A DNA stretch of 58,545 nucleotides from an uncultured SAR86 cluster bacterium (GCA_902515455.1 CABXUO010000004.1:1-58545), one strand, 5' to 3'; positions 19,929 through 30,093 are shown, numbered from the stretch's first letter. Notes: generated by a model not told the origin, from the sequence alone. Translations and numbers: made by a program.

Positions 19929-21992
19929 GTGGCTAATATTGAACTAATACAATTAAAAGGTATCGGGCCTTCTATAGTTGAAAAACTAAATCATATAGGA
20001 ATATTTAACTTAAGAGATTTATGCTTTCATCTTCCTTTTGGATATCAAGATAGAACAAAAATTTCAAATATAAGCGACCTTCAACCAGGAGATGAAAAAT
20101 TAATAAAAGTAAAGATTTTGTCTGCTCAAACCATCTATAGGCCACGAAAAATGATGGTACTAAAATCTGCTGATACATATTCAAATATTAATATTCGTTT
20201 TTTTTATTTCCATCCTGCTCAAACGAAGCAGCTGAAGGCTGGAACTGAGCTTTTATGCTACGGAAAAGTGAGCTTGAGTAGATATGGATTAGAAATGATC
20301 CACCCAGAATATGAGGTTATATCTCATGATCATGAATTAAAAGATAAAAAATTAACACCTGTATACAGAGTGCCTAAAGGAATAGGGCAAAAAAAAATTA
20401 GAGGATTTATTCAAGCTGCAATTTCAAAATTAGATTTTGAAGAAGACTTTCTTGATGTTGAAAAATATGACGCATCTTTAAACATGAAAATTATTGATGC
20501 CCTTCAAATAATCCACAATCCTGAAGCAGATATTGATATTAATGAAATGTTACCTGGTGGCTCTCATCCAGCAAGAGTAAGATTGTTAAAAGAAGAAATG
20601 ATTGCATTTCAAGCCGGCATGGCTTTTTTAAAACGCAAGCAAAAACGGCACCATGCCTTTTCATTGTCAAAAGAAAGTGAATGGACAGCAGAAGTTAAAT
20701 TAAATTTTCCTTTTAAATTAACTGGGGCCCAAGCTAGGGTTATAAGTGAAATTAAAGAGGATCTAGCACAAGAAGTTCCTATGATGCGATTGGTCCAAGG
20801 GGATGTTGGATCAGGAAAAACAGTGGTGGGCGCATTAGCAGCAGCGTTGGCTCTTGATTCATCTTTTCAGGTTGCTTTTATGGCCCCAACTACACTCCTA
20901 GCAGAGCAGCATTTTATTAGTTTGCAATCATTTTTTAACAAACAAGCAGTGAAAATAGCCCTTCTTACTGGCAGCACATCTACAAGCAAAAGAAAAAAAG
21001 TCTTAGAGGATCTCAAGGATAGCAAGATTAAATTATTAGTTGGAACTCATGCTTTGTTCCAAAAAAGTGTTGAGTTTTCTAATCTTGCTCTCATTATCAT
21101 CGATGAGCAGCATAGGTTTGGTGTGAATCAAAGACTGGCTCTAAGGAAGAAAAATAATTCTGAAAAATCTGCACCTCATCAGCTCACATTAACAGCCACT
21201 CCAATTCCAAGAACACTTTCGATGAGCGTATATGCAAACATGGATGTTTCAGTGATAGATGAATTGCCGCCTGGCAGAAAACCAATTCAAACATCATGCT
21301 TGCCCCTAAGTGGAAAAGAAAAACTCATTCAAAGAATCTCAGCTGCTACAAAAAAAGGTAGCAAAGTTTATTGGATATGCCCCTTAATTGAAGAATCTGA
21401 GAACTTGGATTTGAATGCTGTTATGGAAACCCACGAAGATTTATCTGAGCATTTTGGTCAAGATAAAGTTGGTTGCTTGCATGGCAAGTTATCAGCAATT
21501 AAAAAACAAGAGCAAGTTCAAGCTTTCAAAGATTCTAAAACTTCAATCTTAGTATCAACAACTGTTGTTGAGGTTGGAGTTGATATTCCTGATGCAGATA
21601 TCATGGTAATTGAAAATGCTGAAAGGTTTGGTTTAGCGCAATTGCATCAATTAAGAGGAAGAATAGGCAGAGGCACTAAGGAAAGCTTTTGTATTCTTCT
21701 TCATAAAGATAAGATTCAAGATGTTTCCTCCCAAAGACTACAGGTATTAGTAGATTCTCAAGATGGCTTCAAAATCGCAGAAGAAGACCTAATCATAAGA
21801 GGTCCTGGAGAAATTATGGGTGCGCAACAAACAGGAATTGTACCGATGAAATACACCAATTTAGTTAGAGACAGTCAGTATCTCATGGAAACCAAAAAAG
21901 TTGCTGAATCAATATGTAATAAGGAGCCTGAGCTTGCTAATCAGTTGATAGAAAGATGGATCTCAGGCTCTATAGCTTTTGCTGACGCTTAA
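19929..21992 (+). CDS. recG: ATP-dependent DNA helicase RecG
   Basis: RLVQGDVGSGKT, IIDEQHRFG, TATPIPRT, STTVVEVGVD, QLHQLRGRIGRG, DGFKIAEEDL..RGPGE. Confidence 0.98.
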   Translation: MANIELIQLKGIGPSIVEKLNHIGIFNLRDLCFHLPFGYQDRTKISNISDLQPGDEKLIKVKILSAQTIYRPRKMMVLKSADTYSNINIRFFYFHPAQTKQLKAGTELLCYGKVSLSRYGLEMIHPEYEVISHDHELKDKKLTPVYRVPKGIGQKKIRGFIQAAISKLDFEEDFLDVEKYDASLNMKIIDALQIIHNPEADIDINEMLPGGSHPARVRLLKEEMIAFQAGMAFLKRKQKRHHAFSLSKESEWTAEVKLNFPFKLTGAQARVISEIKEDLAQEVPMMRLVQGDVGSGKTVVGALAAALALDSSFQVAFMAPTTLLAEQHFISLQSFFNKQAVKIALLTGSTSTSKRKKVLEDLKDSKIKLLVGTHALFQKSVEFSNLALIIIDEQHRFGVNQRLALRKKNNSEKSAPHQLTLTATPIPRTLSMSVYANMDVSVIDELPPGRKPIQTSCLPLSGKEKLIQRISAATKKGSKVYWICPLIEESENLDLNAVMETHEDLSEHFGQDKVGCLHGKLSAIKKQEQVQAFKDSKTSILVSTTVVEVGVDIPDADIMVIENAERFGLAQLHQLRGRIGRGTKESFCILLHKDKIQDVSSQRLQVLVDSQDGFKIAEEDLIIRGPGEIMGAQQTGIVPMKYTNLVRDSQYLMETKKVAESICNKEPELANQLIERWISGSIAFADA

Positions 21993-22319
21993 CTACCTAG
22001 TCAAAATCTCCATTGCTTTTTTATCATCAACCACAGGAACTATCTCAGATTCGCAAACTTCACTCCATCCATTAGCGAATTCAATTACAAGAGTAGGATC
22101 ATCAGCCTCTACGATAACTATACCTTTTCCAGTCGTTAGATCATGATACCGTGCAAGCTTTGAAGAACCTTCAAGAAATTGACCATCAAGCTCCTCTAAG
22201 GTCATGGTAGCAAATACTTTATACGCCTCTTGATTGCATTTGAAATCAATCATGTATACAGCTGCTTGTGAAAAATTACAAAACAGTAATGCGGCTCCTA
22301 GAACAAAATATTTTTTCAT
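21993..22319 (-). CDS. DUF3303-like small protein with predicted signal peptide
   Basis: ARYH...GKG.VIVEADD...W....PVVDD pattern recalled for DUF3303; N-terminus MKKYFVLGAALLFCNFSQA. Confidence 0.65.
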   Translation of the reverse strand: MKKYFVLGAALLFCNFSQAAVYMIDFKCNQEAYKVFATMTLEELDGQFLEGSSKLARYHDLTTGKGIVIVEADDPTLVIEFANGWSEVCESEIVPVVDDKKAMEILTR

Positions 22320-22361
22320 TTTAAGTCTCCAATGTAATTGATAATAATATACTAAATAACC

Positions 22362-22766
22362 CTAACCAAAAAGCTGAAAATATGCCATATAAGCGATAAT
22401 CAGCCATCCTGAAGCAAATAATAAGAATCTTACTAGGACTATATTAATTGTTAACTGAACAAGTGAATGAATGATTCTTAATATTACAAATGCCCATGCC
22501 AGTTGCACCATAAAAGAGTCAAAATTATTAATTAAGGCAATAGATATAGTAACAGCATAAAATGCAACGGGTTGTTCAAAAAGGTGATTATAGTTATCTG
22601 ATGTCCTTTCAACCCATGCTGGCATAGTTCCTTGAATGTCTTTTGTGTGTGCTGCATCCTGAGGATCTTTCATAGAAGTAACTCTGCCAAAGGCCATTAC
22701 TAAAAAAATTATAAAAGTCCAAAGCGTTAAGATTAGAACTGGCGTTAAAAGTGCTATTTGATTCAT
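22362..22766 (-). CDS. MAPEG family membrane protein
   Basis: SDNYNHLFEQPVAFY, AWAFVILRIIHSLVQ; four hydrophobic segments. Confidence 0.85.
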   Translation of the reverse strand: MNQIALLTPVLILTLWTFIIFLVMAFGRVTSMKDPQDAAHTKDIQGTMPAWVERTSDNYNHLFEQPVAFYAVTISIALINNFDSFMVQLAWAFVILRIIHSLVQLTINIVLVRFLLFASGWLIIAYMAYFQLFG

Positions 22767-22818
22767 ATTATTTCCCTCACTTGATTAAATTATCATTCTT
22801 AGAATCTATATTAAATGA

Positions 22819-22856
22819 GAAATAAAAAACCCGCCATTGCGGGTTTCTTATTTTTT
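22819..22856 (-). terminator. Rho-independent terminator downstream of hppA
   Basis: AAACCCGC-CATT-GCGGGTTT hairpin (22827-22846) with a U-tract on the minus strand. Confidence 0.85.
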
Positions 22857-22870
22857 AGATTTGTTAATTC

Positions 22871-24862
22871 TTACAGCATTCCGTTCAATGTTAATAATGG
22901 GGCTATTACAAGACTCACAATTGCCATTACATTAATCAAAATGTTCATTGAAGGTCCAGATGTATCTTTAAATGGATCCCCAACAGTATCTCCAACAACA
23001 ACTGCTGCATGAGTATCAGAACCTTTTCCACCAAAGTTACCCTTCTCAACATATTTTTTTGCATTGTCCCAAGCACCACCAGCGTTTGCCATAAATAAGG
23101 CAAGTGCAACGCAGCCTAAAAGACCGCCTGCAAGCATTCCACCTAAAGCCATAGCACCTAAACCAAATCCGACTACTGCTGGCATTGCTACAGCAATCAC
23201 ACCAGGTAACATCATTTTCTTTAAGGCAGCTTTAGTTGCAATCTCAACACATTTTTCAGAATCAGGATCAGCATTGCCCTCCATTAAGCCAGTTATTTCT
23301 CTAAACTGTCTTCTTATTTCATTGATCATTTCAAAAGCCGCATCTCCTACAGCTGTCATGGTTATTGAAGAAATTAAGAATGGAATACATATCCCTATAA
23401 ACATTCCAACCAAGACAATTGGTTGACCAAGAGATAAAGTGAATGCATCACCAAAATTAAGACTTACAACAGCTGAAAATGCAGAAATAATTGCGAGTGC
23501 TGCAAGAGCAGCGGCTCCAATCGCAAAACCTTTTCCAATGGCTGCTGTTGTATTACCTAGCTCATCCAATGAGTCAGTAATCTCTCTGACATCCTCACCC
23601 ATTCCTGCCATCTCTGCTATGCCACCTGCATTATCTGCAACTGGGCCATATGCATCTATAGCCATAGTAATACCAACAGTTGAAAGCATGCCTACCGCTG
23701 CAACACCAACTCCATAAACACCAGATAAAGTAGTAGATATAAGAATAATAGTTGCTAAAACTAAAATCGGAATTACAACAGACTGCATTCCAACAGAAAG
23801 CCCTGAAATCATAACGGTTGCTGACCCAGTTTCTCCTGACTCAGCAATTTTTTGAACGGGGGCTCCGCCAGTATAGTATTCAGTAATTAATCCAATTAGG
23901 ACTCCTCCAACAGCTCCACAAACTACAGCCCACCAAACATTCATTGAGACACCAGCCATAGTATTTGTTAGAAAATAAGCCATGATGATAAAGAGGACTG
24001 GAGCCAGAAGAGTTCCTGATCTTAATGCACTTGCTGGAGCTTTTGCTGATTGCAATTTAACTATTATTATTCCGATGATAGAGGCTATTAGGCCAATTGA
24101 AGTAAGAGCCAATGGATACATCATCATTTCGCTGGAGCCCAAAGTATAAGCTATAGCAATAGAAGCAATCATTGAACCGCAATAGGATTCAAAAATATCT
24201 GAGCCCATTCCTGCAACGTCGCCAACATTATCACCGACATTGTCAGCAATAACTCCAGGATTTCTTGGGTCATCTTCAGGAATTCCTGCTTCAATCTTTC
24301 CTACCAAGTCTGCTCCAACATCTGCACTCTTAGTAAAAATACCTCCACCAACTCGAGAGAATAAAGCTACAACCGATGCACCCATTCCAAATCCTTCAAG
24401 GGCATGAACATGAGATTCACTAAAGAAATAGAAGAGGCCTCCTAAGCCAATTAGACCAAGAGATGCAACACACAATCCCATGACCGAACCACCATAAAAT
24501 GAAACACTTAGTGCAGCTGCTGCGCCATCTTGCTGGGCTGCTGTTGCAGTTCTTACATTTGCTTTTGTTGCAGCATACATTCCAATAAATCCAGCTAACG
24601 ATGAGCAAGCAGCTCCAACCACGACCGCAATCGCAGACTGAATAGTAAGAAATGTTGCAACCAGAACAACCAATACGGCTACAAAGATCAATAAATAGGT
24701 ATATTCTGTTTTCATGAATTTCATTGCGCCCTTATGAATTTCATCACCAATCTTTTTCACTTGATCAGTTCCATCTGAATAACGCATGACCAAACTAAAT
24801 ACCACAAAAGCGGCAATCAAACCAAGAACACCCAATGCAGGGGCAATTAATACATTCATCAT
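22871..24862 (-). CDS. hppA: Membrane-bound K+-dependent, probably Na+-translocating pyrophosphatase
   Basis: [70 protein letters not shown]. Confidence 0.96.
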   Translation of the reverse strand: MMNVLIAPALGVLGLIAAFVVFSLVMRYSDGTDQVKKIGDEIHKGAMKFMKTEYTYLLIFVAVLVVLVATFLTIQSAIAVVVGAACSSLAGFIGMYAATKANVRTATAAQQDGAAAALSVSFYGGSVMGLCVASLGLIGLGGLFYFFSESHVHALEGFGMGASVVALFSRVGGGIFTKSADVGADLVGKIEAGIPEDDPRNPGVIADNVGDNVGDVAGMGSDIFESYCGSMIASIAIAYTLGSSEMMMYPLALTSIGLIASIIGIIIVKLQSAKAPASALRSGTLLAPVLFIIMAYFLTNTMAGVSMNVWWAVVCGAVGGVLIGLITEYYTGGAPVQKIAESGETGSATVMISGLSVGMQSVVIPILVLATIILISTTLSGVYGVGVAAVGMLSTVGITMAIDAYGPVADNAGGIAEMAGMGEDVREITDSLDELGNTTAAIGKGFAIGAAALAALAIISAFSAVVSLNFGDAFTLSLGQPIVLVGMFIGICIPFLISSITMTAVGDAAFEMINEIRRQFREITGLMEGNADPDSEKCVEIATKAALKKMMLPGVIAVAMPAVVGFGLGAMALGGMLAGGLLGCVALALFMANAGGAWDNAKKYVEKGNFGGKGSDTHAAVVVGDTVGDPFKDTSGPSMNILINVMAIVSLVIAPLLTLNGML

Positions 24863-24919
24863 TTCTCTCCTATTAACAAGCGTTAAATTTTATCAAATAA
24901 AATTAAATTTAATTAGTAA

Positions 24920-26182
24920 TTAACCCTTTGAATTGAAAATATTTTCATCCAATTGATTCTCTGTTTTCGCAACTATACACGCAATTGCTGCATCGCCGGT
25001 AACATTTACCGATGTTCTGATCATGTCTAAAACTCTATCAACAGCTAGAATGATTCCAATTGCTTCAAGTGGTAAGTTAAATTGTTGCAAAATTATTATT
25101 AAAGTAATTGTTCCCGCTGACGGGACGGCAGCTGTTCCAATTGAGGTAGCAACAGCTAATAACACAACTTGAACATACTGAAATAGTGTTAGATCAATGC
25201 CAGACATTTGCGCAATAAATACTGTTGCTAAGCCTTGCATAATTGCAGTTCCATCCATATTTATGGTTGCTCCTACTGGCACCACAAAAGAGGCTACATT
25301 CTGATTAACGCCTAAATCTTGATTGGCTGTTTTTAGAGTAACTGGAATTGTTGCCGCGCTTGATGAAGTAGAGAATGCAAATAAAGCAACATCTTTCATC
25401 TTTCGAAAAAAAGTTAATGGATTTAAACCACCTATAACCTTAAGAAAAAAAGAGTAAGTAAAAGCTGCATGAAATAATAGAAGCGAAATTAGCAGAACAA
25501 CATATGCAACAACATCTTGAAATATATCAAGTCCGTCAGCGATAACAAATTTTCCAATTAAGCAAAAAACACCCAAGGGTGCAAAGCTCATTATCATGAC
25601 AATCAACTGTAAAAATACTGTATTTAATTTTGAAAATGAATCGCTTAAATTGCCTGTTAAATGATTAGTCTTATTCAAAGCAAGACCAAATATAATACTA
25701 AAGAAAACTATAGCTAGCATTTGATTTTCCGCCATGGCTTGAATAATGTTTGAAGGGAAAATTCCTGCAATAGTTGAGTAGATACCTTGACCTTGAGGCA
25801 AAGAGCTTGGTGCTGCCATTGGTAAATCAGAAGCATAATTAGAACCAGGTTGAAAAAACGAACCTGCGATCAAGGCCAAAGATACAGCTATGCCGGTTGT
25901 CAATAAATAAAATCCAACTGTCTTAAATGTTAACTTGCCAAAAGATTGTGAGCTTCCTAAAGATGAAATGCCCGACACCAAAGAAAAGAAAACTAATGGC
26001 ACAACTAGCAACTTTAGGAGATTCATAAAAATATCTCCTCCAAGATTAAAAATATATTTTTCTATAAAATCATCGATCTGGCTTGGTATAAAATCTGTGT
26101 AATAAAGAAAGGAGCCAACAACAAAACCTAGAATCAGACCAATAAGTATGTTTTGAGTTAAGTTTTTAGGGGTATCAATCAT
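24920..26182 (-). CDS. Dicarboxylate/amino acid:cation symporter (DAACS)
   Basis: [45 protein letters not shown]. Confidence 0.93.
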   Translation of the reverse strand: MIDTPKNLTQNILIGLILGFVVGSFLYYTDFIPSQIDDFIEKYIFNLGGDIFMNLLKLLVVPLVFFSLVSGISSLGSSQSFGKLTFKTVGFYLLTTGIAVSLALIAGSFFQPGSNYASDLPMAAPSSLPQGQGIYSTIAGIFPSNIIQAMAENQMLAIVFFSIIFGLALNKTNHLTGNLSDSFSKLNTVFLQLIVMIMSFAPLGVFCLIGKFVIADGLDIFQDVVAYVVLLISLLLFHAAFTYSFFLKVIGGLNPLTFFRKMKDVALFAFSTSSSAATIPVTLKTANQDLGVNQNVASFVVPVGATINMDGTAIMQGLATVFIAQMSGIDLTLFQYVQVVLLAVATSIGTAAVPSAGTITLIIILQQFNLPLEAIGIILAVDRVLDMIRTSVNVTGDAAIACIVAKTENQLDENIFNSKG

Positions 26183-26352
26183 TCAATTTCGATCATTTCA
26201 AAATCTTCTTTCCCCACTCCACAGTCAGGGCATAACCAATCATCTGGAACGTCATCCCATGCGGTTCCTGGCTCAATGCCGTCATCAGGCCATCCTAGCT
26301 CTTCATCATATATCAATCCACATACAATGCATTCCCATTTTTTGTATTTCAT
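26179..26352 (-). CDS. rubA: Rubredoxin (57 aa; absent from the ORF track)
   Basis: Hand translation [57 protein letters not shown] has two CxxCG motifs; ATGA overlap with the DAACS gene. Confidence 0.96.
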   Translation of the reverse strand: MKYKKWECIVCGLIYDEELGWPDDGIEPGTAWDDVPDDWLCPDCGVGKEDFEMIEIE

Positions 26353-26439
26353 TTCTTCTCTCTTAGATAATCAGTATTAAAAAGTCTCATTTAATGAAAA
26401 TTAAGCAGGCTATAATATCAGATTTTGAAGATCTAATTA

Positions 26440-26931
26440 ATGCAACTTACAAGAAATAATAAATGGCTAAATGCCAAAGAATTAAAACACTGTTTGAGAG
26501 ATCAAAATATCCTTGATTGGTTGCATGAAGAAAATTCAATTACAAAAAAAATTTCTTCTATTGCCGAATTTAAACTTGAAATTTTGCATGATGATATTGG
26601 TTCAGCTGAAGAGGATGAATACGCAGCTCTTAAAATGTCTCCTGAAGAAGTGCGTATTAGAGAAGTGTTGCTTTATGGAAATTTATTGCCCGTAGTTTAC
26701 GCCAGAAGCATCATACCAAACCTTACATCTTCAAAAGGTTATCCTGGATTAGGATCAATCGGATCAAAGCCACTTGGCGATTTACTTTTTCAAAGTAAGT
26801 TATTTGTTAAAACCAAACGTGAATTTGCTGAATTTAAAATGACTAATAACAATATTGTTTGGGGAAGAAGAACTCAGTACCTAGTTCGTAACTATCCACT
26901 GAGTGTTATGGAGGTTTTTTTATCTCCATGA
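26440..26931 (+). CDS. ubiC: Chorismate pyruvate-lyase
   Basis: SIT, REVLL.G...VYARSII, IGSKPLG.LLF, WGRR, V.EVFL; precedes ubiA. Confidence 0.9.
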   Translation: MQLTRNNKWLNAKELKHCLRDQNILDWLHEENSITKKISSIAEFKLEILHDDIGSAEEDEYAALKMSPEEVRIREVLLYGNLLPVVYARSIIPNLTSSKGYPGLGSIGSKPLGDLLFQSKLFVKTKREFAEFKMTNNNIVWGRRTQYLVRNYPLSVMEVFLSP

Positions 26932-27770
26932 ATAAAGCAGTTGCCCTATTTGAATTGATGAGACTAGATAAGCCAATTGGAATATATCTTTTACTTTGGC
27001 CTGCATTACTAGCTTTAGTTATAAGCACTGGTGGCAATTTCAAAATTTCTGATTTTTTTATAGTATTTATAGGAGCTATCTTAGTTAGATCAGCGGGTTG
27101 TGTTATTAACGATATTTGGGATAAGGACCTTGATGGCGATGTAGAAAGAACGAAACTAAGACCAATTCCGAGCAAAAAAGTTTCAATATATGAAAGTTGG
27201 GCTCTTTTTATAATACTTGGGATATTAAGCTTAATTTTGCTCAGTCTAACTAACACAAATACTATTTTGATAAGTATTTGTTTTGCGTTCATGATAATTG
27301 TGTATCCTCTCACTAAGAGATTTTTTGTTGGGCCTCAAATATTTCTTGGTCTCACTTTTAATCCCACAATCATTGTTTATGCAATGACAAACGAATTAAA
27401 TAATTCAACTATGATTTTGCTTTACCTTGCAATTGCTGCAATGACTATTGCCTTTGACACTCTTTATGGTTTGTCTGACAAAGATGATGATAAAAAATTA
27501 GGCATCAATTCAACGCCAATATGGTGGGGATCAAATACTTTAAAAATTGTTGCAATCTTTCAATTCCTCGCAATTTGTTTACTGCTCATGGTTGGATGGC
27601 AAGCTGAACTAAAATTTATTTGGTTCCTAGGGACAATTTTTTTATGTGGATTTTATTTTTATCAACATCGTCTTGCTAACCAAAAGAAATATTTAATTGC
27701 ATTTAAAAATAATCACTTTGCATCTCTTTATTTGCTAATGCTTTCAGTATTTTGTTTTCTTATCATTTGA
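26928..27770 (+). CDS. ubiA: 4-hydroxybenzoate octaprenyltransferase
   Basis: RLDKPIG..LLLWP, AGCVINDIWDKDLD.DVERT..RP, YP..KR, DTLYG..D..DD. Confidence 0.94.
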   Translation: MNKAVALFELMRLDKPIGIYLLLWPALLALVISTGGNFKISDFFIVFIGAILVRSAGCVINDIWDKDLDGDVERTKLRPIPSKKVSIYESWALFIILGILSLILLSLTNTNTILISICFAFMIIVYPLTKRFFVGPQIFLGLTFNPTIIVYAMTNELNNSTMILLYLAIAAMTIAFDTLYGLSDKDDDKKLGINSTPIWWGSNTLKIVAIFQFLAICLLLMVGWQAELKFIWFLGTIFLCGFYFYQHRLANQKKYLIAFKNNHFASLYLLMLSVFCFLII

Positions 27771-27774
27771 TTTC

Positions 27775-28899
27775 ATGAAATCTGAAATTAAAAAAATTAA
27801 TCTAGAAGAAGAATCTTATTCAATTAAGGCAAATAACCCTTTTGAAGATTTTACTTACTTAAGGGCAATGGAAGAAAGTGGGTCTGCTTCAGAAACGTCT
27901 GGATGGATTCCAGATCATCTTGGGGAAATTGAAAATAATAAATTGATAAGTTTCATGCCGCTATATAAAAAATTTAACAGTTATGGTGAATTCATTTTCG
28001 ATCACCAATGGGCAAATGCATTGCAAAGAGCGGGTAGAAGTTATTATCCTAAATTACTAACAGCAATTCCTTTCACTCCATGTGAAGGAGATAGAATTTT
28101 AGCTAAAAATAAAAAAAATAAATTTAATCTTATTGATGCAGGTATAAGAAAAATGGAAATGGAGCAAATCGAATCTTGGCATATTCTTTTTCCAAACGAA
28201 GACTGCAAAACTGTTTTACGCGATAAAAATTTTATTGAAAGATTAAATTACAGATTTACTTGGATCAATGATAATTTTTGTGACTTTGACAATTTCTTAT
28301 CAGTTTTTACATCTCGTCAAAGAGCTACTATTCGCAAAGAAAGAAATAGCATCAGTAAACTAGGCATTGAAATTAATTGCAAAAGATATGACGAACTCAC
28401 CAGAGAAGATTGGGATTTATTTTATGTATTTTATCAAAAAACATACTTTGAAAGAGCTCAGAATCCATATTTAAATAGAGAATTTTTTAAAATAATAAAT
28501 ACCGCAAATCAGTGTGTTAAACCAGTTATTTTCTTTGCTGAACTTGCAGGAGAGACAATTGGTGCATCTCTTTGTTTTGAAGGAGAGAATACACTATACG
28601 GAAGACATTGGGGAGCAACAAAAAAAATAAAAAATCTTCACTTTGAATGCTGTTACTATCAGGGGATAGAATATTGTATAGATAATAATCTAAAATATTT
28701 TGATCCGGGGGTTCAAGGGGAACATAAAATTAGGAGAGGATTTCAGCCACATGTAAGTTCGTCTTTTCATTATTTTTTAAAAGAGGATTTTGGCCAAGCA
28801 GTAAGTGATTTTTGTAAATCTGAAAAAATACAAATAGAGAATTATATTGAAGCATGCAAATCCTATACACCTTTTAACAAAGATAATAAAATTAAATGA
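27775..28899 (+). CDS. GNAT-fold FemAB-like protein (DUF482 type)
   Basis: SYGEFIFD..WA, YYPKL..AIPFTP, LYGRHWG, LHFECCYYQGIE, QGEHK..RGF. Confidence 0.88.
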   Translation: MKSEIKKINLEEESYSIKANNPFEDFTYLRAMEESGSASETSGWIPDHLGEIENNKLISFMPLYKKFNSYGEFIFDHQWANALQRAGRSYYPKLLTAIPFTPCEGDRILAKNKKNKFNLIDAGIRKMEMEQIESWHILFPNEDCKTVLRDKNFIERLNYRFTWINDNFCDFDNFLSVFTSRQRATIRKERNSISKLGIEINCKRYDELTREDWDLFYVFYQKTYFERAQNPYLNREFFKIINTANQCVKPVIFFAELAGETIGASLCFEGENTLYGRHWGATKKIKNLHFECCYYQGIEYCIDNNLKYFDPGVQGEHKIRRGFQPHVSSSFHYFLKEDFGQAVSDFCKSEKIQIENYIEACKSYTPFNKDNKIK

Positions 28900-29331
28900 A
28901 TGTATAAAGTTTTAAAAACTAAGGATCATCTCACAACCTGTAGTGCTAATTATTCTAGATTGAGGAAGATCCTCTGTGACTTCAAGAATGATAGTTATAC
29001 TTTTGAAATTCTCAATAATGACCAAAAAAGCCTGGCCGAATTCACTGTAATTTCACGAACGCCTCATACTCTCTCAATAGAGGCAAAATTTAAAAATAAT
29101 GATCTTAATTTAATTAATTTTTTATTGAGAATAAATATTTACATCGATGCAAAATTAGCAGAGGTAATTTCTTATCAGCAGGAAAAACCAGTTCCATTTT
29201 TTTCTCCACCTCAATTTAGCCAATCGCAAGATGAAAAATATCAACAAAATAGAATTCTATCTGAATGGCTAGAAAATATTTTTACAAACGGAGCGGTCGA
29301 AGCAAAAGAAATTAATTTCTTGAATGGGTAA
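28900..29331 (+). CDS. DUF1249 / YqiB-like protein
   Basis: C..NY.RL, IYIDAKLAEV, DEKYQQN..L.EWL; upstream of yqiA. Confidence 0.78.
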   Translation: MYKVLKTKDHLTTCSANYSRLRKILCDFKNDSYTFEILNNDQKSLAEFTVISRTPHTLSIEAKFKNNDLNLINFLLRINIYIDAKLAEVISYQQEKPVPFFSPPQFSQSQDEKYQQNRILSEWLENIFTNGAVEAKEINFLNG

Positions 29332-29516
29332 AATTTTAAATAGTTATAAGTTTTCTTCAGTAGATGATCAAATAAAAGCAAACTTAATTGACCCATTCAA
29401 TAAAGCAATCGAAGAAAAAGAAATCAATTTTTTGAATGAGTAAAATTTTATATCTTCATGGGTTTGCTTCTGCAGCCGATTCAACAAAAGCAAATTTAAT
29501 TGACTCATTCGTTAAA
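29293..29516. repeat. Diverged tandem duplication, 2 x 112 bp, of the yqiB-end/yqiA-start junction
   Basis: 29293-29404 against 29405-29516 aligns without gaps; about 24 mismatches in 112 by hand count. Confidence 0.9.
29324..29443 (+). CDS. Putative chimeric 39-aa micro-ORF generated by the duplication
   Basis: MGKILNSYKFSSVDDQIKANLIDPFNKAIEEKEINFLNE*; start overlaps the yqiB stop and stop overlaps the yqiA start. Confidence 0.4.
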   Translation: MGKILNSYKFSSVDDQIKANLIDPFNKAIEEKEINFLNE

Positions 29517-30008
29517 AAAAATACTAATTCAACTCAAATTTTGATACCTGATTTATATAACGATATTGAAAACGCATATCATCAAATTGACAAAATAATA
29601 GAATCAGAATCTCCATCATCCATCATTGGAAGTTCTTTAGGCGGATTCTATGCAACATATTTTTCAGAGAAATATAAACTTCTTTGCGTAAACATTAATC
29701 CAGCGGTTCCGCCAATAGATATGTCGGAGTATCTTGGAGAAAATCAAAATTACTCAACGGGTGAAAAATTTGTTATTAATAAAGACCATCTGAATTTGCT
29801 GGATGAGATGAGTAAAAAAATTAAAGTCCTAAAAAGACCAGGTAATTTTATGACTTTGATTCAGTCAGGTGATGAGGTGTTGGATTATAAGCTTGCAATT
29901 AGATATTTTGCTGGTAGCCAAATTGAGATTAAATTTGGTGGTAATCACTCATTCGAAGGCTTTGAGAACTACTTTCCTAAGATAAAATTATTTTTAAATA
30001 TGCACTGA
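29436..30008 (+). CDS. yqiA: YqiA/UPF0227 esterase (alpha/beta hydrolase)
   Basis: LYLHGF.S, GSSLGG, INPAV, GDEVLDY, GGNHSF. Confidence 0.92.
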   Translation: MSKILYLHGFASAADSTKANLIDSFVKKNTNSTQILIPDLYNDIENAYHQIDKIIESESPSSIIGSSLGGFYATYFSEKYKLLCVNINPAVPPIDMSEYLGENQNYSTGEKFVINKDHLNLLDEMSKKIKVLKRPGNFMTLIQSGDEVLDYKLAIRYFAGSQIEIKFGGNHSFEGFENYFPKIKLFLNMH

Positions 30009-30017
30009 TATGATGCA
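30001..30017. promoter_or_regulatory. NtrC-binding site (distal)
   Basis: TGCACTGATATGATGCA resembles TGCAC-N7-GTGCA; upstream of GS-ntrB-ntrC. Confidence 0.65.
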
Positions 30018-30052
30018 ATTCTGAACAAATTGAACTAAAATTGATCATTTAT

Positions 30053-30069
30053 TGCACCATATTAGTGCA
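30053..30069. promoter_or_regulatory. NtrC-binding site (proximal)
   Basis: TGCACCATATTAGTGCA, close match to TGCACCA-N3-TGGTGCA. Confidence 0.8.
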
Positions 30070-30075
30070 TATATA

Positions 30076-30093
30076 TTGGCATAAAAATTGCTT
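30076..30093 (+). promoter_or_regulatory. Sigma54 (-24/-12) promoter
   Basis: TTGGCATAAAAATTGCTT: GG at 30078-79 and GC at 30090-91 with the canonical 10-nt spacing. Confidence 0.85.

Noticed and set aside
22815-23012. 65-aa ORF starting [11 protein letters not shown]
   Set aside because: It translates the terminator hairpin and the antisense of the hppA 3' end.
23064-23717. Plus-strand ORFs of 120 and 92 aa inside hppA, and similar short overlapping ORFs elsewhere (e.g. 9450-9749, 10008-10295, 32489-32872, 47191-47496, 57526-57918)
   Set aside because: Antisense or alternate-frame shadows of well-supported genes, with no motifs and no independent RBS evidence.
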